From assembly GCA_963728205.1 (NCBI GenBank), contig CAVSIV010000004.1, positions 160,001 to 224,000 on the forward strand: a stretch of DNA of 64,000 nucleotides. Direction: 5' to 3'. Shown here piece after piece: positions 19,340-29,709 of this stretch. Origin of the DNA: an uncultured Chloroflexia bacterium (GTDB lineage: Bacteria > Chloroflexota > Dehalococcoidia > UBA2979). Every line of letters begins with the position of its first letter. Position 1 is the first letter of the stretch. The notes beneath the pieces are model-generated. The model worked only from the letters and a program-made list of their open reading frames with translations, was not told the origin of the DNA and did not search any database. A program made the translations under genes and the position numbers.

Positions 19340-21004
19340 GTGATCCGCGACGACATCCGATCCCTGGTCGAGCAGGCGCTGGAGGCGGCGCAGGCGGCCG
19401 GCGACGTGCCGCCCTTCGCCGCACCCGAGGTGACGGTCGAGCACCCGCAGCGCGCTGAGCACGGCGACTTCTCGGCGAACCTGCCGCTGCGCATCCAGGG
19501 GCTCGCGCGCATGAAGGCCGTCGAAGTGGCGGAGGCGCTGCGTACGCACGTGCCGGCACACGAGGCCGTGGTCGACGTGCGGGTCGCGCCCCCGGGCTTC
19601 CTCAACTTCTACCTCGCCCCGGGCTGGGTCGCTGCGCAGGCGTCGGCCATCGCCGCTGCGGGTGACGCCTACGCGTCGAGCGACCTCGGTGCCGGCAAGC
19701 GCGTCCAGATCGAGTACGTCTCGGCCAACCCGACGGGGCCGATCCACGTCGGCAACGGCCGCGGCGCGGCGATCGGCTCGACGCTTGCCAACGTGATGCG
19801 CGCCGCGGGCTACGACGTCGAGCAGGAGTACTACGTCAACGACGCCGGCACGCAGGTCGCCATCTTCGGCCGCACGCTCTACGCGCGGTACCAGCAGCTG
19901 TTCGGCCGCGAGGCCACCATCCCGGGGAACGGCTACCCCGGCGCGTACATGATCGAGGTCGCGCAGGGCATCAAGGACCGCGCCGGCGACCGCTTCCTCC
20001 GGCCGGAGGGCGAGGAGCCGGACGCGGAGCTCGGCCGCCTCGGCATCGAGGTCATGGTCGAGATGATCCGGAACGACCTTGCGCTGATGGGCGTGCGCTA
20101 CGACGTCTGGTACTCGGAGCGCTCGCTGCAGGCCGAGGGCGGCGCGTACAACCGCGTGCTCGAGCTGCTGCGCGAGAAGGACTACATCGTCGAGCGCGAG
20201 GGCGCGACGTGGTTCGCGTCGTCGGAGCTGGGCGAGTCGAAGGACAACGTGCTGATCCGCTCGGACGGCATGCCGACGTACTTCGCGAGCGACATCGCGT
20301 ACCACTACGACAAGTTCGTCACCCGCGGCTTCGACCGCGTGATCGACATCTGGGGCGCGGACCACCAGGGTCACGTGTCGCGCGTGAAGGCGGCCGTGCA
20401 GGCGGTGGGCGGCGACCCCGCGAACCTCGACGTGCTGCTCTACCAGCTCGTGGCGCTGCGGCGCGGCGCCGAGGCGGTGCCGCTGTCGAAGCGCGCCGGC
20501 GAGATCGTGACGCTCCGCGAGATCGTCGAGGAGGTCGGCGCGGACGCCACGCGCTTCTTCTTCCTGCTGCCGTCGGCGAACCAGACGATGGACTTCGACC
20601 TCGAGCTGGCGAAAAAGCAGTCGGACGAGAACCCGGTCTTCTACGTGCAGTACGCGCACGCGCGCATCGCCGGCATCCTGGCGAAGGCGCGCGACGAGAG
20701 CTTCTCCGCCGACGGCGCGGACGTCGCCCTGCTGACGCACGACGCGGAGCAGACGCTGATCCGCAAGCTGCTGCTGCTGCCGGAGGTGCTGGAGACGGTC
20801 GTCGCGGAGCTGGCGCCGCACCACCTGCCGCACTACGCGCAGGAGCTGGCCGGCGCGTTCCACGTCTTCTACACGCAGTGCCGCGTGATCGACGCCACGA
20901 ACGAGCCGCTGACGCGCGCGCGCCTGCTGCTGCTCGAAGCCGCGCGCGTCGTGCTCGCGCGCACGCTGGGGCTGATGGGCGTGTCCGCGCCGGATCAGAT
21001 GTAG
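19340..21004 (+). CDS. argS: Arginine--tRNA ligase
   Basis: EYVSANPTGPIHVGNGR, WGADHQG, LSKRAG, YVQYAHARI. Confidence 0.96.
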   Translation: MIRDDIRSLVEQALEAAQAAGDVPPFAAPEVTVEHPQRAEHGDFSANLPLRIQGLARMKAVEVAEALRTHVPAHEAVVDVRVAPPGFLNFYLAPGWVAAQASAIAAAGDAYASSDLGAGKRVQIEYVSANPTGPIHVGNGRGAAIGSTLANVMRAAGYDVEQEYYVNDAGTQVAIFGRTLYARYQQLFGREATIPGNGYPGAYMIEVAQGIKDRAGDRFLRPEGEEPDAELGRLGIEVMVEMIRNDLALMGVRYDVWYSERSLQAEGGAYNRVLELLREKDYIVEREGATWFASSELGESKDNVLIRSDGMPTYFASDIAYHYDKFVTRGFDRVIDIWGADHQGHVSRVKAAVQAVGGDPANLDVLLYQLVALRRGAEAVPLSKRAGEIVTLREIVEEVGADATRFFFLLPSANQTMDFDLELAKKQSDENPVFYVQYAHARIAGILAKARDESFSADGADVALLTHDAEQTLIRKLLLLPEVLETVVAELAPHHLPHYAQELAGAFHVFYTQCRVIDATNEPLTRARLLLLEAARVVLARTLGLMGVSAPDQM

Positions 21005-21026
21005 GCATCCGCCCCGAGCACGCAGG

Positions 21027-21321
21027 TGCGCGGCAGGCCCCGGGGCCTCGTCGCAACGTCAAAGCGGCGGCAGATATGCCGCCGACACGGCGCGGACGCA
21101 GTCCGCGGCCGACGCCGCGCGCGGACGCAGTCCGCGGCTGACGCCGCGCTTCTGTCGGCGGCATATCTGCCGCCGCTTTGGGTGACGTTCATGCGCGCAC
21201 GGCGCCCCACCGGGGCGGTCGGCTGCCGTGGATCGTGAGCACTCCGTAGACCAGGAGGCGGCCACCCTCGCACGCGAGCGGTGACGACTGCACACGGCAG
21301 GCCTGAAGCCTGCCGCGCGCC
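21027..21321. repeat. Composite REP cluster: family-2 REPIN (28-bp IR 21060-21087 / 21153-21180 enclosing two 29-bp direct repeats) within a family-1 element
   Basis: Direct reading of IRs and DRs; 21223-21321 aligns with 12553-12652. Confidence 0.8.
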
Positions 21322-21323
21322 GA

Positions 21324-23009
21324 TCAGCTCGCCGGGCCGCCGGTCGTCACCATCCGGTCGATCACGCTCGCGCCGAGCCGGATGAGCCCCGCATCCACGG
21401 CCGCACGCTTCGGGTTCGCGTCTGTCAGCGGCTGCGTGCCCAGCGCGTTGTCGAGGAACGCGCCGACGCGTGTAGCGCCGTCGGCGCCCGGCACGGTCCC
21501 GCGCTGCACGCGCACGGGCGCGTCGACGTCGCTGAGCAGCGCGACGCGCGCGTCCTTCAGCGCGCCGTCGACCGTGACCGGCATCAGCCAGTACAGCGTC
21601 GACGACGGCGTGCCCTCGAACGTCTCGTGGATCAGCACGCCGTCGACGCCGTGGCCGAGCGGCACGACCTCGCGCCCCTCGAGCGTGCGCCCGTGGAAGT
21701 CGATGCACTGCTCGATGCTGTAGCGGTCCAGCGTCGCCTTGTCGTCCGCGACGATCGTCTGGACGGTCGCGAACGGGTTGTCGGGGTGCTGGAGGTCGGC
21801 GTACTCCCAGACGTCGCCGCGCGACGAGCGGCCGAAGAGGTCGGTCCACGAGACGGTCGTGACGTGGGTGAGCGTCCAGCCGTCGACCGCCGGGAGGATC
21901 TTGTCGGTGGCGGCGATGTCGACCGCCGGCGCCCCGTCTCCGATGCCGATGAACGCGTATTGCTGCACCTGCACGACGAGCACCGCCGCGGCCACGGCCC
22001 CGACCACGGTGAGCGCCTGCAGCGTCGCGAGCGGCCGCCCTCCGCCGCCGGTCGGCTCCCAGACGGCGTGCTCGCCGCGGCGACGCAGGTCGAGCCCCAG
22101 TCCGAACGCGGGGAGCAGAGCGAGCATGCCCACGAAGAGCAACGCCAGCAGCACGAGACCGATCACGGGGTGTACGACGTCGACGGCGAGGTGCCGCGAC
22201 GTGCGCGCGGCGAGCGTGAGCAGGACCGTGACGCGCAGCAGGTTGGAAGCGAACGCGAGCACGAGCCCGAGCGCATACCACCGCAGCCGCCGGCCCCACG
22301 GCCCGCGCATCAGCAGGAGCAACGCCGCCCCGACCAGCGCGAAGCCCATGACCGCCGCCGTGCCCGCGCACAGCTGGCCGATCACCAGCGTGAAGTTCTG
22401 GCCGGCGGCGAGGTGCGTCGTCGTCAACACGTCGGGCGACGCCGGGTCGAACGCGTAGGGCAGCGCGAGGAACCCGACCATGCGGTCGGCGAACCACGAG
22501 GTCACGGCGAGGAACGGCGCGGCGATGCGCGACTGCGCCCACACGACGACGTACGGCCAGCCGAGGAAGAGCGCGGCGACGGCCGGCCACACGCGCAGCA
22601 CCTGCTGGTAGCCGAGGAAGACCACCCCGGCGCCGGTCGCGAACAGCGCCAGCGCCAGCAGGTCGACGCGGTTCAGCCAGAAGTACCAGGACAGCCGCGC
22701 CGGCGTGACGGCGAGCACGAAGAACGCGCCGAGCAGCAGCGGCGTCGCAAAGAAGGCGTCGAGCAGCACGTCGCGCTTGCCGGGCCGCCCATCGACGTGG
22801 CCGTGCACCCAGAACAGGTATGCGGCGAACGGCAGCATGAACGGGACGAAGCCGAGCGCGTTGTCGGCGAGGAGGAAGTCGCGCTCCGCGAGCAGCGACG
22901 GCGCGAACGGAGCGAACCCGACGACGATCAGCGCGAGCAGGCGCCAGCGGCCGAACAGCGCGCCCAGCGGTCGCGCCGGCACGGACGAGACGGCGGCCGA
23001 GGGCTGCAC
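21324..23009 (-). CDS. Exosortase/archaeosortase-family transpeptidase fused to an EpsI-like C-terminal domain
   Basis: About 8-9 TM helices; Cys (IGQLCAG), Arg (SNLLRV), His (VVHPVIG) triad; C-terminal YSIEQCIDFHG resembling the EpsI HxPExC..G motif and STLYW. Confidence 0.82.
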   Translation of the reverse strand: MQPSAAVSSVPARPLGALFGRWRLLALIVVGFAPFAPSLLAERDFLLADNALGFVPFMLPFAAYLFWVHGHVDGRPGKRDVLLDAFFATPLLLGAFFVLAVTPARLSWYFWLNRVDLLALALFATGAGVVFLGYQQVLRVWPAVAALFLGWPYVVVWAQSRIAAPFLAVTSWFADRMVGFLALPYAFDPASPDVLTTTHLAAGQNFTLVIGQLCAGTAAVMGFALVGAALLLLMRGPWGRRLRWYALGLVLAFASNLLRVTVLLTLAARTSRHLAVDVVHPVIGLVLLALLFVGMLALLPAFGLGLDLRRRGEHAVWEPTGGGGRPLATLQALTVVGAVAAAVLVVQVQQYAFIGIGDGAPAVDIAATDKILPAVDGWTLTHVTTVSWTDLFGRSSRGDVWEYADLQHPDNPFATVQTIVADDKATLDRYSIEQCIDFHGRTLEGREVVPLGHGVDGVLIHETFEGTPSSTLYWLMPVTVDGALKDARVALLSDVDAPVRVQRGTVPGADGATRVGAFLDNALGTQPLTDANPKRAAVDAGLIRLGASVIDRMVTTGGPAS

Positions 23010-23021
23010 GGGCGGCCCTCG

Positions 23022-23273
23022 CTAGCCGGCGTCGGAGTCGGAGGGGCGGCGGTGGCGGCGGTGGTCGATCAGCACGTACCCCGCGACCGCAAGCAGGCCC
23101 ACCACCGGGATCGCCGCGGCGAGCGGCACCTCGGGGATCTCGCAGGCGCGCTTGTGCTTGCCCTTGCACGCGTTGTTGTTGTCCGGGCCCTCCTGTGCGA
23201 AGGCGGGACCAGCCACGGCGAGGATCACCATGGCCGCGAGCACGGTCGCGAGGACAATGCGGCGGATACGCAT
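23022..23273 (-). CDS. Small secreted precursor with PEP/PEF-CTERM-like sorting signal (IPEVP-TM-RRHRR)
   Basis: Signal peptide ending AFA|Q, ~19-aa core with C-x7-C, IPEVP, hydrophobic helix, basic cluster; 12 bp upstream of the exosortase. Confidence 0.8.
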   Translation of the reverse strand: MRIRRIVLATVLAAMVILAVAGPAFAQEGPDNNNACKGKHKRACEIPEVPLAAAIPVVGLLAVAGYVLIDHRRHRRPSDSDAG

Positions 23274-23452
23274 GAGGCCGGCCTCCTCTCGTGCGTCGTC
23301 GCTGCCGGGCCGCGACGAGGCGCGGTTGGCGGTCGGGACCGACCCGAATGTATCATCGGGCCCACTCGCCGCCGACCGCGGACGTGTGCCGTCCCGGTTG
23401 ATAATCGGTAAAAAATCGAGCCGCCACAGCCATCGGATCGAAGAGGCCCGCG

Positions 23453-24454
23453 ATGACCTCCGAGCGCAAGCGCATCCTCACGGGCGTCCGCCCGACCGGC
23501 GCCCTCCATCTCGGTCACTACGTCGGCGCGCTCGAGAACTGGATCCGCCTTCAGCGCGAGTACGAGTGCTTCTTCCTGATCGCGGACTTCCAGGTCTCGG
23601 ACCACGCCGACGAGTTCGACCTCGTGCGCAGCGCGGTGTTCGAGGTCGCGAAGGACTGGCTCGCGGTCGGGCTCGACCCGGAGCACAGCCACTACTGCAT
23701 CGAGAGCATGATCCCGGAGCACGCCGAACTGACGACGTGGCTGTCGTGGTGGATCCCGCTCGCGCGCCTGCAGCGCAACCCGACGCTGAAGGCGGAGATG
23801 GGCGAGGACAGCGGCTCGACGCCGGTCGCGTTCTTCAACTACCCGGTGATGCAGGCCGCGAACATCCTGATGCCGAAGGCGCACCTCGTGCCGGTGGGCG
23901 AGGACCAGCTGCCGCACATCGAGATGACGCGCGAGATCGCGCGGCGCTTCAACCGCCTCTTCGACACCGAGGTCTTCCCCGTGCCGGAGCCGCTGGTCGG
24001 CCGCGTGCCGCGGCTCGTCGGCGTCGACGGCAACGCGAAGATGAGCAAGTCGCTGGGCAACGCGATCTACCTGAAGGACGACGCGGAGACGGTCGTGCAG
24101 AAGGTGAAGGGGATGTTCACCGACCCCACCCGGCTGCGGGCCACGGACCCCGGCCACGTCGAGGGCAACCCGGTGTTCATGTACCACGACGCCTTCAACC
24201 CGGACGTCGACGAGGTGAACGATCTCAAGGAGCGCTACCGCGCCGGGCGCGTCGGCGACGTCGAGGTGAAGGCGAAGCTGCATGCGGCGCTCAACGCGTT
24301 CCTCGACCCGATCCGCGAGCGGCGCGCGTACTTCGACACGCACCCCGCGGAGGTGCACGACGCGCTGGCCGCCGGCACCGCGCGCGCCAAGCGTGTCGCG
24401 GAGGCGACGATGCGCGACGTGCGTGCCGCGATGCAGGTGAACTACCTGGAATAG
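23453..24454 (+). CDS. trpS: Tryptophan--tRNA ligase
   Basis: RPTGALHLGH, VPVGEDQ, KMSKS. Confidence 0.96.
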   Translation: MTSERKRILTGVRPTGALHLGHYVGALENWIRLQREYECFFLIADFQVSDHADEFDLVRSAVFEVAKDWLAVGLDPEHSHYCIESMIPEHAELTTWLSWWIPLARLQRNPTLKAEMGEDSGSTPVAFFNYPVMQAANILMPKAHLVPVGEDQLPHIEMTREIARRFNRLFDTEVFPVPEPLVGRVPRLVGVDGNAKMSKSLGNAIYLKDDAETVVQKVKGMFTDPTRLRATDPGHVEGNPVFMYHDAFNPDVDEVNDLKERYRAGRVGDVEVKAKLHAALNAFLDPIRERRAYFDTHPAEVHDALAAGTARAKRVAEATMRDVRAAMQVNYLE

Positions 24455-24480
24455 GCGGACGGGCCCCCGGTCTTCCCGTG

Positions 24481-24643
24481 AAGCGGCGGCGTGGCGCCGA
24501 CGCGCCACCCACAGCGGCGGCAGAGAGGCCGCCGACCATAGCGGCGGCCGGCAGCCGCCGACCATAGCGGCGGCAGAGAGGCCGCCGACCATAGCGGCGG
24601 CCGGCAGCCGCCGACGATATCGGCGGCGTGTCTGCCGCCGCTT
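24481..24643. repeat. Tandem REP family 2 array (AGCGGCGGC-Nx-GCCGCCGAC units; A-B-A-B, 53-bp period, plus an inverted terminal copy)
   Basis: Units start at 24513, 24540, 24566, 24593; inverted copy 24620-24643. Confidence 0.85.
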
Positions 24644-24657
24644 GACAGGGGCCACAC

Positions 24658-24690
24658 ACGAAGAGGCCGCCCCGGGGGCGGCCTCTTCGT
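24658..24690. terminator. Likely bidirectional terminator between trpS and citrate synthase
   Basis: 15-bp stem ACGAAGAGGCCGCCC/GGGCGGCCTCTTCGT. Confidence 0.7.
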
Positions 24691-24708
24691 CTACATGCGG
24701 CGGGAGTG

Positions 24709-25860
24709 CTACCGCTTGTCGAGCGGCACGAAGTCGCGGTGCGGCTGGCCGACGTAGACCTGGGTCGGCCGGAAGATGCGGTTCCCGGACTCCCACTGCT
24801 CCTTCATGTTCACCATCCAGCCGAGCGTCCGGGACGCGGCGAAGATCGGCGTGAAGAAGTCCGTGGGGATGCCCAGGGCGGCGAAGATGCAGCCCGAGAA
24901 GAGGTCGACGTTCGGGTAGAGGCCCCGGTCGCCGAGCCGTGCCGTGGCGACCTGCTCGACCGTGAGGGCGATCTGGTAGAGGTCGGCGACCTCGCTGCCC
25001 GGCTCGATCACCTCGTCGGCGAGGCGCTGGATCACCTTCGAGCGCGGGTCCTTGACGTGGTACACGCGGTGCCCGAACCCCGGGATCTTGAACTTGTCGT
25101 CCATCAGCTTCTGGATCTCTTCCTCGGCGCGCTTGGGATCGCCGATCTGCTGGAAGAGACGCAGGGATGCCTCATTGGCGCCGCCGTGAGCGGGGCCGGA
25201 CAGCGCGCCGATGGCGGCAGCGGTGACGGCCTCGGGCTCGGCCTTCGTCGAGGTGACGACGCGCGCGGTGAACGTCGACGCGTTGCCGGCAGAGTGGTCG
25301 GCCTGGAGGATGAGCAGCGCGTTCATCACGCGCTCGTGGAGCTCGGACGGCTCCTTGCCGGTGATCATGCGCAGCATCATGCGCGCGTGGGACTCGCCGA
25401 CGTACGGGCCCTCGTAGGCGCGGCCGTCCGCCGCCTGGGCAATGATGCCGGCCAGGTGGCCGACCTTCGCGACCATCGCGAGGCCGCGCTCGCCGACCGT
25501 GTTCACCTTGCGCTCGAAGTCGTTGTTCGTCGGGCCGAGCGCAGCGGTCGCCGACTGGAGCGCGAACATCGGGTGGGTGATGCGCCCGACGTGCTGCGCG
25601 ACGGACAGCTGCTCCGGCGTGAGGACCCGATTGTCGTGAAGCTGCTGCTTCACCTCGTCGAGGCGCGCCCGGCTCGGGAGCTCGCCGTCGTAGAGGAGGG
25701 CCACCACCTCCTCGAAGGTGACCTCCGGCTGCGTCAGGTCCTCGATCGAGTACCCACGGTACGTGAGGCGGCCTGCCTGCCCATCGACCTTTGAGATAGC
25801 GGATTCGGCAATCGCTACCCCCTCGAGTCCCGGGCTAAAGGACGGCGTGTCCAGCGTCAT
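24709..25860 (-). CDS. gltA: Citrate synthase (or 2-methylcitrate synthase)
   Basis: PGLEGV, LTYRGY, DHSAGNASTF, GPAHGGANE, GFGHRVY, YPNVD. Confidence 0.88.
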   Translation of the reverse strand: MTLDTPSFSPGLEGVAIAESAISKVDGQAGRLTYRGYSIEDLTQPEVTFEEVVALLYDGELPSRARLDEVKQQLHDNRVLTPEQLSVAQHVGRITHPMFALQSATAALGPTNNDFERKVNTVGERGLAMVAKVGHLAGIIAQAADGRAYEGPYVGESHARMMLRMITGKEPSELHERVMNALLILQADHSAGNASTFTARVVTSTKAEPEAVTAAAIGALSGPAHGGANEASLRLFQQIGDPKRAEEEIQKLMDDKFKIPGFGHRVYHVKDPRSKVIQRLADEVIEPGSEVADLYQIALTVEQVATARLGDRGLYPNVDLFSGCIFAALGIPTDFFTPIFAASRTLGWMVNMKEQWESGNRIFRPTQVYVGQPHRDFVPLDKR

Positions 25861-26096
25861 GTGCTCCCCCAAACTCCTGCTCGAGGCATCCGGCAGCCGC
25901 CGCCCCCCGGGCTCCCTGGGTATGTCCCTGCTCGTATCGTGCGTCAGCGCCATGACACCCATCGCGGTGACTCGCGGGTGGGGCGAACGCAGCCGCAGTA
26001 TATCCGAACCGCTCGGGCACCACGAAATCCGTGATAACGAGCGGATCCGTCCGGCGCCGCGGCCCCCCGGGGACGCCGCACGCGGGCTGGACGTCC

Positions 26097-26831
26097 TCAG
26101 CGCGCGGCGAACGCGTCGCCGGCGTGGGTGGCGATGAACTCCCGCAGGAGGTCGTGGACGCGCTCGGCGGACTCCGTGAGCCCGTGGCCCGCGCCCTCGA
26201 TCAGCACGAGCCGTTTGGGCTCGCTCGCTCGCTCATAGATGTCCTGCGACGCCGCGTGGTCGAGCACCTCGTCGTGATCACCGTGGATCAGCAGCAAGGG
26301 CTTGCCGAGGTCGCCGACCTCCTGCGTGCCGAAGCGCTGCGACGACATCCCGACGACGCCGGTCGCGATCGGCGCCAGCTCCCCGGCCTTCACGGCCACC
26401 GCGCCGCCGAACGAGTGCCCGACGAGCACCACCTGCTCCGCGCCGATCCCCTTGAGGAACGAGCACGCGGCGAGCGCGTCGAGCACGCACTCCTCGAACT
26501 CGCCCGGCTCGCGGTACTGCACGCGGATCGACGTCACGCCGTCCGCGACGAGCTCGCGTGCGAGCTGCTCGTAGACGCCGTTCGCCGGCCCCTTCACGCC
26601 GCCGCCCGCGCCGCCGAGGAAGATGGCAGCGCCCGTCTTCCCCTCGCACGGGTGCAGGTGCACGGTGAGCGAGCCGCGGCTGGTGTCGAGCTCGACCTCG
26701 AGCTCGCCGGGCGTCTCCCCGGCGCGCGCGCGCACCCCCTTGATGGACAGCGTGAGCTCCTCGAGCGGCGTACCGCCCAGGGAGCCCTCGCCGGAACCAT
26801 TCTCGGGTGCGCGATCCGGGAGGAAGTTCAT
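26097..26831 (-). CDS. Alpha/beta hydrolase
   Basis: GHSFGG nucleophile elbow, LIHGDHDEV, GAGH. Confidence 0.88.
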   Translation of the reverse strand: MNFLPDRAPENGSGEGSLGGTPLEELTLSIKGVRARAGETPGELEVELDTSRGSLTVHLHPCEGKTGAAIFLGGAGGGVKGPANGVYEQLARELVADGVTSIRVQYREPGEFEECVLDALAACSFLKGIGAEQVVLVGHSFGGAVAVKAGELAPIATGVVGMSSQRFGTQEVGDLGKPLLLIHGDHDEVLDHAASQDIYERASEPKRLVLIEGAGHGLTESAERVHDLLREFIATHAGDAFAAR

Positions 26832-26886
26832 CCGGGGCAGCGTAGCAGAGGCGTGCGAGGCTCGCGCCGGGGCCGCACGCGGCGCC

Positions 26887-28365
<1,479 letters not shown>

Positions 28366-28377
28366 TGCGGCGGCGGC

Positions 28378-28668
28378 TCACGTGTCCAGCACCGCGCGCA
28401 CGCGCAGGAAGTCGCCCTCGCGGCGCGGCGCGTTCGCGAGGATCTCGTCGCGGGGCATGGAGGGCTGCGGCGCGTCGTCGCGCTCGACGTTCGCCTGGTC
28501 GAGGCTCTGGGCGGTGGGCGGAACCCCCTCGGTGTCGACGTCGTTGAGGACGGCGAAGTGGCCGAGGATGGCCGACAGCTCGTCGCGCAGGCGCTCGACT
28601 TCGTCGTCGGCCAGCGCCACGCGGGCGAGGCGGGCGATATAACGGACCTCGTCGGCGGTGAGGGCCAT
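28378..28668 (-). CDS. gatC: Amidotransferase subunit C
   Basis: EVRYIARLARV...ILANAP...FLRVRAVL, upstream of gatA. Confidence 0.93.
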   Translation of the reverse strand: MALTADEVRYIARLARVALADDEVERLRDELSAILGHFAVLNDVDTEGVPPTAQSLDQANVERDDAPQPSMPRDEILANAPRREGDFLRVRAVLDT

Positions 28669-28884
28669 CCAGCGCTCCCGGAGTGCAGCGGATCGACTCG
28701 GCGCGACCGTGAAGCCCGTGATATGGGGGTCGCGCCTGCGGGGTCTGCGGCTACTATAGGTGCGGACCCCCTACCACTCCACCGCACACCGGGAGGCGCC
28801 AGGCGCGCCGCGCGTGGAGCCATAGACTGTCGCCGAGGCGCGACGCCATCGCAGTCCCTGGGCGGGGCGGAAGGTGGTTCCCCA

Positions 28885-29709
28885 GTGGAGCAGCCCACGC
28901 GCGGGGCGGCGGACGCCCCGCAGGTTCGCGGGCCGCACGCCCCGGACGCCGCGCGGCTCGGGAACCCGAGCTTCGTCTGGCGCTTCGGCCAGGACCGGCG
29001 GCTCGACCTCATCGAACGCTACGTGCCGCTCACCGGGCGCCGGGTGCTCGACCTCGGCTGCGGCCTCGGCGAGTATGCGCGTGCGCTGGAGCGGCGCGGC
29101 GGACGCGTGATCGGCTCCGACATCGCGGGATCGCGCCTCGTGGAAGCGCGCCGGCGTGGCCTCGACCCCGCGCGCACCGGCGGCGCGCCCAGCCGCGCGG
29201 AGTACCTCACGGCCGGCGGCGAGTCGCTGCCGTTCCGCGACGGATCGCTCGACGTGATCGTGCTGAACGAGGTGATCGAGCACGTCGCCGACGACCGCGA
29301 GACGCTGCGCGAGGTGAGCCGCGTGCTCGCACCCGGCGGCACCTGCGTGATCTACGCCCCGAACCGCCTTTACCCGTTCGAAACCCACGGCATCTACCTA
29401 GGGAAGCGTTATGTGTTCGGGAACATCCCCCTCGTGAATTGGCTGCCGACGTTCCTGCGCCGCCGCCTCGTCCCCCACGCGCGCGCCTACCGCCACGGCG
29501 ACTGGCGCCGGCTGATCGCCGGCACCGCGCTGCGCGTGGTCGACCAGGGCTACGTCTACCCCGGGTTCGACAACGTCGCCGCGCGCTGGCCCGCCGTGGC
29601 GCGCGGGCTGCGCGCGTTCTGCTACTGGGCGGAGAGCAACCCGCTGCGCCGCTTCGGGCTCTCGCACCTCGTGATCCTGCGGCGTGAGGAGAGCGGGGCG
29701 CCGGCATGA
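28885..29709 (+). CDS. Class I SAM-dependent methyltransferase
   Basis: VLDLGCGLG, LPFRDGSLD, EVIEHV, RVLAPGG. Confidence 0.88.
   Translation: MEQPTRGAADAPQVRGPHAPDAARLGNPSFVWRFGQDRRLDLIERYVPLTGRRVLDLGCGLGEYARALERRGGRVIGSDIAGSRLVEARRRGLDPARTGGAPSRAEYLTAGGESLPFRDGSLDVIVLNEVIEHVADDRETLREVSRVLAPGGTCVIYAPNRLYPFETHGIYLGKRYVFGNIPLVNWLPTFLRRRLVPHARAYRHGDWRRLIAGTALRVVDQGYVYPGFDNVAARWPAVARGLRAFCYWAESNPLRRFGLSHLVILRREESGAPA

Noticed and set aside
24481-24643. Possible CRISPR array
   Set aside because: Units are adjacent with no unique spacers, the same motif is dispersed as REPs, and there are no cas genes
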